Positions 58,195 to 64,000 of a DNA stretch of 64,000 nucleotides are shown piece by piece. How positions within the stretch are numbered: position 1 is the stretch's first letter; every line of letters starts with the position of its first letter. Where the stretch lies: the IMG/VR virus record IMGVR_UViG_3300009506_000021, positions 5,081-69,080 of that record; one strand, 5' to 3'. The notes under the pieces were generated by a model. It did no database searches. It saw nothing but the letters and a program-made list of their open reading frames with translations, and was not told where the DNA came from. The DNA is from a virus. The position numbers and the translations under genes are program-made.

Positions 58195-58217
58195 TTATCT
58201 CTCCACTGACCCTATAT

Positions 58218-59396
58218 TTAGGTGGATGTTATGATAACAGTGAAAGGACCTCCGTCGTAGGCACCCAAGTCCCAATGACCCATATCCCATCCATGAAGGA
58301 AGTTGTAGTAAACGTCATTTATCTCAATAGAAGCAACTTCGCTAATACGAGATTCCAGGGCAAGTGACTGACCCTGATTGACACAAGCATCGGGCTCATC
58401 ATACCCCCACTCGCGCACCGTCAAAGTGCCACCTGCACCTGCAGAGGAGACGATTGCCTCAAGTACATACACTCTCAAGATGTCTGGAGAGCCACCACTT
58501 GGAGCGGACAAGAACACAGTGTATTCGCCGTCATCGGCGGTGCCAGAAACTATAAACTTCACCCCATATTTCAGGATATCTGCCCAAGTGTTTGCACCCG
58601 TTATTGGAGTTGCAAGAACATTGCTTATCTCAAAGTATCGCAGCCCGGCATTGATTCTCAAAATAGCATTTGGAACAAGTGCGGCTGTCTGAAGTGTGTT
58701 CTCAAACTGTGTACCAAAACCACCACAATCGGCATTCTTGTCCACACCAATAGGTGATGGGAACACGAGTCCTGCTTTCAGTGTGTATGTATTTGTGTTG
58801 GCATCGTATGCGTATGCCGTGGAGTGGAAGATTGCACCAGCGATCGGAACTTGCTGTGCTGGTGAACCTGTACCAGGAATTGTGTCATCCACCCAAGCAG
58901 GAAGTGCCTCAGAAACGTATATACGGGTTGTCTTAACTGTACTTGTTTGATACTGATAATTTGCTGGATCCTCTGCAGCTGGGCTACCTGTCACTATGCC
59001 AGATCTAACTTTTACGATCTCTGATAGAATGGCTGTGTTTGTGACAGTGTATTCACTAAAGCCATTCTCATCCTTAACCAAAATTTTATCACCGATGGAA
59101 AAGTCTGCATCAAATGCACCATTGATTTCCCAATAGCCGCCAGATGCACTTGCCCCTGACACTTGGTAATTTGTCCAATTATCATTGAACATACGAGCCG
59201 CTTCTGTTTCTGTCCAACCCCATGCTGCTGGGTCCGCTGGAACACCAAGAGCCAACTGAAAGTCTTCTGTGATAGTAACATCGATGCAGTCTGTGTGGAT
59301 ATACTCCACCAAAACCTCAATCACCTTGGTGTGATAAGGCTTGATTTCTTCTACGTAGTTAACTAAACCAGAGACTGGATCAATACCATTAGTCAT
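58218..59396 (-). CDS. virion structural protein (baseplate-associated)
   Basis: YVEEIKPYHTK motif, GYDE, GWD...WD. Confidence 0.7.
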   Translation of the reverse strand: MTNGIDPVSGLVNYVEEIKPYHTKVIEVLVEYIHTDCIDVTITEDFQLALGVPADPAAWGWTETEAARMFNDNWTNYQVSGASASGGYWEINGAFDADFSIGDKILVKDENGFSEYTVTNTAILSEIVKVRSGIVTGSPAAEDPANYQYQTSTVKTTRIYVSEALPAWVDDTIPGTGSPAQQVPIAGAIFHSTAYAYDANTNTYTLKAGLVFPSPIGVDKNADCGGFGTQFENTLQTAALVPNAILRINAGLRYFEISNVLATPITGANTWADILKYGVKFIVSGTADDGEYTVFLSAPSGGSPDILRVYVLEAIVSSAGAGGTLTVREWGYDEPDACVNQGQSLALESRISEVASIEINDVYYNFLHGWDMGHWDLGAYDGGPFTVIITST

Positions 59397-62300
59397 CGTA
59401 AAGTCCCTCTGTTTCTAGAATTCTAATACCATGTAGTGCAACATAAGATGTCTTCAATAGATCTTTGTACTGATGTTGAATTGGCAAGGCAGCTGTCAAA
59501 AGTGTTGAGAACCACATACGGTTGACATCTTCATAGCTAAAGGTGTTGTAGATCTCATCCATCATGTTTGCAATGGTTTGTGCATCAGTTGCATCCTGAG
59601 GTGTTAGAGACAATGGATCATATGTCTCAAAGAATGTGTTAATGTCAATAGGTGAAAAGTCATTTGCACCATCCTGCAAGTAAGCCAAAACAGCATTCCA
59701 ACCATCTGTGCCATCACAGAAAGCTTGACCATCACTAAACCCTATACGAGTCGCTGTGTTATTTTCATCGTCATACAATTCCTTATCTAGCGATGGAACA
59801 CGAACCGCTGTGCTACCTAGTGAAGCAATCGTTTGACCAATAATAGCCTCTGTCAGTGCATTCCACAAGACGCGATCTATTGTGAATGGCTGTTCTTGTC
59901 TGAATAGCTTCCACTCCTGGTGACGAACTTTCACGCTGTCTGGACCATACAACAAATCTGGTGTTGACAAGTTATCCCTGTATGTAAAGTCTCGAGTGAA
60001 TCGTAATGTGTAACGATCATCTTCATTGACGTAATTGCTCAAACCACGAACAACGCACTGAGTGTACTGGCGTGGTATGTGAGTTACATCAGGTGAACCT
60101 GTTGTGTTAAACTTCTGCACAATTGCATAAGGAATTGGCACACTATCCAACTGCTGCTCTGCTTCAACCATTGTAACGGACTTGTTCCTGTACGTTTGAC
60201 GAACTGTCTTGCTACCAACCCAGAAGTAATACAGAGTTGTTGGCTCACCATTCACAACCTTTTGCTCTATGGTGTATGGTGTGTCAACTTTGAAGTTCAC
60301 ATTATCTATATCAGCTGCTGTTGGATAGTACTTCACAACATGAATGTGGTCTTCATCTGCAAAGCTTGACAGTGCTGTATCAATAGCAGCTGAGCTTGTG
60401 TAAGATGCAACCTCCACGCCATTCTGATAAAGAGTTGCTGGACGTGTAGAAGAAATTGTAAACGAAGGAGCCACATAGAACAAGCGACTTGGATAGTATG
60501 CAACCTCGTATGGGTACTCGGACCAAGCAATTGGAGAACCTCCATCGCCCTCATACACAACTTCACGAACACGGCCATTAACACGGTCACGCTCATCGAT
60601 TGTGATGTCACCTTCCTGCTCCTCTGCCAGTGCATTGTACTCGCTTGGTGGAACTGTAGACTCTGTCCACTGGTACATATCGTAACTTGCAAAGTCAGCA
60701 AGGTTACCCCAACGGCGTAGGCGGTCATATATGTCAGGGAAGACTTGTATGTCAGAGTATGGAACGTACGCCAAGTGGCTAGTATCCAGCCAAGTTGTGT
60801 TAACAACATTGCTACCATAAGGATAATCTATTGGAGAACCAACTGCCAACTGTGCAGGATCTTCACTGTTGCTGTACCCATAGTTGATCAAGGCTGGATC
60901 ACCATCACCCTGGATATCAACCAAATGGAATGCCTGGTAGTAGTGATGTCCTCGAGCTGGATCCCAAAGCACAACTGGTGATACAGTTAAGTCATCTACC
61001 GCATCACGTATCTTAATTGGATTGTGACGCTGGTGTGCAGGATTGATCGTGTAAATCTTCAGATCTGTCAAGTGTGCTGGATTGCTTGTGAACTTAACCA
61101 GACGAGAGTTAATAATTGTGTAGTCAACACCCTCCACAAGTCGTATTGTACCTTCAGGACTTGCACCATAGTATGTAACAACAATCGTATCCATTACTTC
61201 ATTTGTACGGTAGTAGTACTCTGCTGGGCTCCCAACTGCGTCTATTGTTGGACTCGTATCAACGGAGGTTGCCTCTGCATTAAAGTACATGTTACCATTA
61301 GCATCGAAGAATGCTTTCTGTTCTGGATAGTGGTACCAACGTGTGTCATCAATACTGGTGATGCCTATAAACCCTGTGTCTGCAACTTCATTTGGATCTA
61401 GGAACTCAATGCGGAACTCTTTTAGATCTCCATCAGAACCAAATAGGTTTAGCTCTGGTAAAGAGTATTCATCAGTGCTACCAAAGTCTGCAACCTTACG
61501 AGCCCAGTATTCATCAATCTTTGCATCGACAAAGCGACGTGAGTTAATGAATGCCTTCACAGAGTTTACAGAGCCCTTCTGCTGAATCATTCCACGCCAG
61601 AAAATAAACTGTGACTTAGGGTTGATGTTGATAGAGTTTAGATAATCCTTTGGACCATCATAGCCAAGAGCCTTACGTGCTTCTGCTGTAAGTAGGTTTG
61701 ATTCAACTGTGCGATACGTGTCATATGCATAACGAAGGTCATCCACCTGTCCTTCAATGTTGCGTGAGAAGGAAGATGTACCAGTTGTGTTACGATTATC
61801 CACCAGCACAAAACCACCTAGGTTTGGTCTTAATGTAGTTTCATCACCACGATCCATCTGCACATCAAACCTGGAAGCATTTAGACCCAAGAATGAGTCA
61901 TAGATAACATATCCAGAAGATGCATAGTCGCTGAACAGAATCACATGCTCGTAACCATCAATGTAGATGTGAGCACTTGTCAAATGCAGTGTGTTGTATG
62001 GTGCAAGATCTGCAGACACAAATGGTGAAACATCATTTGCAATATCACCTGCAATCTTAATCTGCGTAAGTTTATCCTGTCGCAGTGGTGTTATTTTGTC
62101 AAATGGCAACTGTCTGCCATACTGATCTAGCAGCAGGTGTTCTGACTTGATGTCTGCAAAAGGACCGCGCTCAAGATCAGACACAACGCCCTGTGGTGTA
62201 TCGATCCACAAATTATACCTGAATGGGTTGACTTCAAAGGTTGGTGCTGTTGCAGCTGTGATTGCCTGCTGCATGTACACATCACCCGTGCCATTTGTTA

Positions 62301-63999
62301 GCATGTCAATTGCAACTGCATTGCGTGCATTGCGTGCTGTTATTGCTAGCTGGAATACACCAGAAGTATCTGTCTGGATCAGGTAGTACGTAACATTTGG
62401 TAATAGTGGTTCTGGAAGGACACCACCCGACTCAACCTTGACATTAACAGCCTGACCCGTAATCCATCCACCAGGAATCTGACCAGTGAAAGTGAAAGTA
62501 TCGGTTGATGAATCTACTGCAATGCTATACTTATCTCGACGTGTTCTGTTACCTTCACGTGTAGAGTATGCCCAGTTGATTAGGCGTTCTTCTTCTAGCT
62601 GCCAGTTAACAACCATACCAGTATCAGCATCAATGTCTGTTGCATAGTGGTTAAATCTGAAATTGTCAACATCCGATGCATAAGCTGCATATCCATCGAT
62701 GAATGAAATCAACTGCTGGAATCCAGTTATGCGTGCTGGTGGTAGAGCTATTAATACCAAACTCTTGTCTAGCTCTACGTGGTACCAAATAGCACTTGTT
62801 GTTGCTCCTTGCAGAGCTGTGAATGTTGAAGCAACCTGGAACACAGAATGTGTGCCTGTGCCAGGGCTCAAAATATCAATTACCGGACCACCCTTCTGTT
62901 CAGACAGCTTGAACTTGTTTGTTCCAACTTTGTTGACGTAGTATACAGTATTTGGCAACAATGGTGATGGCAAGAACTCAGTGGAGGATACATAAACTGC
63001 CTGTCCATCTTCCCAAGGCATGTTACGACCATGCACATCGCTTGTTGTGAAGATATCAGGTGAACTATCCACTGTAAAGTTATATGTCTGTGTGCCATAG
63101 TAAGGCATTGGACGACCATGCGTTGAGAAGGAGTTAACATCAAATATCCACTGGCTGCGTGTATCTTGCCCAATGAAGCTTGGAGCGGATTGAATGACTG
63201 CCACATTCAAAGCATCAATTTCATGGTTCTCAATGCCTGGTGAACGCTTTATAGTAATATCAAAATCTGTCTCTACCATATCAAACACATTGTTTGATAT
63301 TAAGAATGAATCTGTGTCGATAACTGCTGAGAACTGGTATGCAAGATAAGTGTCCCAACCAGACCACATGTCACGGAAGTTGGATGCACTTGTATCGTAA
63401 CCATTGAAACGGTTAAAGTTTGTATACCACTGCAGTGTTCCAGGAGCCTTGTATACTGTATTGTCAGGTAGTAGATCACCATGGAACAAAGTGTTTTGAT
63501 GTGCATAAACCTTTTGTGCAACCTGATCAACGTTGAGGCAACCAACATAAATGAAGTCAACACCAAGAGTATAATGAATGAACCTTATTGGCTGAAGCCT
63601 AAACGCAACCTTCAATGTGTCATAAAGGTACTGCGATGCATTCTCCCATGTCCACTCAACCAGTCCAGCATCATCATAGTTATAGTCATCCTCCCTATTT
63701 GGAACATCCATGCTTGATGTCCACAAAGAGCGAACTGGTCTTGTTACTGGAATTACAGGTAGAACTGTTACAGGTGGTAACAGTGCATCACTCTCATATT
63801 CGTAACCCATTCCATCTGTCACAGTTGCATTATTCATGTTGACCGGGATGTAGTTGTAACCTGCAACTTCACCACCTGCACCTGTGCTTAGATCGCCATT
63901 TGGAAGCAACTCACCGGCTGGAATATCACCAGCTAGAATGGCATCCCACATTGCCTCAGACCAACGGCGGCCTGCTGTGGATGGATATGCAGTTGTCCA
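59389..63999 (-). CDS. very large virion structural protein, probable baseplate wedge (5'-truncated by window)
   Basis: over 1530 aa open to the window end; FWRGMIQQKGS, EYWA.K..DFG, YQWTES.VPPSEY, YYFWV. Confidence 0.75.
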   Translation of the reverse strand, partial: WTTAYPSTAGRRWSEAMWDAILAGDIPAGELLPNGDLSTGAGGEVAGYNYIPVNMNNATVTDGMGYEYESDALLPPVTVLPVIPVTRPVRSLWTSSMDVPNREDDYNYDDAGLVEWTWENASQYLYDTLKVAFRLQPIRFIHYTLGVDFIYVGCLNVDQVAQKVYAHQNTLFHGDLLPDNTVYKAPGTLQWYTNFNRFNGYDTSASNFRDMWSGWDTYLAYQFSAVIDTDSFLISNNVFDMVETDFDITIKRSPGIENHEIDALNVAVIQSAPSFIGQDTRSQWIFDVNSFSTHGRPMPYYGTQTYNFTVDSSPDIFTTSDVHGRNMPWEDGQAVYVSSTEFLPSPLLPNTVYYVNKVGTNKFKLSEQKGGPVIDILSPGTGTHSVFQVASTFTALQGATTSAIWYHVELDKSLVLIALPPARITGFQQLISFIDGYAAYASDVDNFRFNHYATDIDADTGMVVNWQLEEERLINWAYSTREGNRTRRDKYSIAVDSSTDTFTFTGQIPGGWITGQAVNVKVESGGVLPEPLLPNVTYYLIQTDTSGVFQLAITARNARNAVAIDMLTNGTGDVYMQQAITAATAPTFEVNPFRYNLWIDTPQGVVSDLERGPFADIKSEHLLLDQYGRQLPFDKITPLRQDKLTQIKIAGDIANDVSPFVSADLAPYNTLHLTSAHIYIDGYEHVILFSDYASSGYVIYDSFLGLNASRFDVQMDRGDETTLRPNLGGFVLVDNRNTTGTSSFSRNIEGQVDDLRYAYDTYRTVESNLLTAEARKALGYDGPKDYLNSININPKSQFIFWRGMIQQKGSVNSVKAFINSRRFVDAKIDEYWARKVADFGSTDEYSLPELNLFGSDGDLKEFRIEFLDPNEVADTGFIGITSIDDTRWYHYPEQKAFFDANGNMYFNAEATSVDTSPTIDAVGSPAEYYYRTNEVMDTIVVTYYGASPEGTIRLVEGVDYTIINSRLVKFTSNPAHLTDLKIYTINPAHQRHNPIKIRDAVDDLTVSPVVLWDPARGHHYYQAFHLVDIQGDGDPALINYGYSNSEDPAQLAVGSPIDYPYGSNVVNTTWLDTSHLAYVPYSDIQVFPDIYDRLRRWGNLADFASYDMYQWTESTVPPSEYNALAEEQEGDITIDERDRVNGRVREVVYEGDGGSPIAWSEYPYEVAYYPSRLFYVAPSFTISSTRPATLYQNGVEVASYTSSAAIDTALSSFADEDHIHVVKYYPTAADIDNVNFKVDTPYTIEQKVVNGEPTTLYYFWVGSKTVRQTYRNKSVTMVEAEQQLDSVPIPYAIVQKFNTTGSPDVTHIPRQYTQCVVRGLSNYVNEDDRYTLRFTRDFTYRDNLSTPDLLYGPDSVKVRHQEWKLFRQEQPFTIDRVLWNALTEAIIGQTIASLGSTAVRVPSLDKELYDDENNTATRIGFSDGQAFCDGTDGWNAVLAYLQDGANDFSPIDINTFFETYDPLSLTPQDATDAQTIANMMDEIYNTFSYEDVNRMWFSTLLTAALPIQHQYKDLLKTSYVALHGIRILETEGLYDD

Positions 64000-64000
64000 C

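Noticed and set aside
28467-63999. GSP motif as a DNA repeat, mobile mini-element or DGR product
   Set aside because: Codons and flanks differ between sites (AGC, TCG, TCT, TCA for Ser); no reverse transcriptase or template/variable repeat pair seen.
1-64000. Stop-codon reassignment as in some large phages
   Set aside because: Conserved genes are full length under the standard code, and TAA, TAG and TGA all end genes.

Overview
A 64 kb piece of a large (probably jumbo) lytic myovirus-type dsDNA phage with T4-like replication genes, using the standard genetic code; the host is likely a proteobacterium (inference). Left to right it carries: a PrkA/YeaG-YeaH-SpoVR operon and PhoH; a tRNA/translation-rescue and counter-defence region (PTH2-like protein, Thg1, MazG-like protein, Acb1-like nuclease, a circularly permuted two-piece tmRNA with tag ANDSNYYEAPMALAA, ClpP); nucleotide metabolism genes (thyA, DHFR, class II RNR, dCMP deaminase, NDT, HAD nucleotidase); replication genes (Prim-Pol, two topoisomerase II subunits, DnaB-like helicase, family B polymerase, probable clamp, RNase H-like nuclease); and two minus-strand virion structural blocks (28.5-34.2 kb and 52-64 kb). 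Two promoter classes are visible: sigma70-type TTGACN-17-TANNNT and a T4-late-like TAAATA. The two strongest unexplained signals are (1) a Gly-Ser-Pro motif seen about 32 times in predicted virion proteins, often as loop insertions and with mixed codons, but not seen in the enzymes, suggesting a virion modification or docking sequon; and (2) the permuted phage tmRNA next to a ClpP. All calls come from motif recognition by eye; no database search was run.
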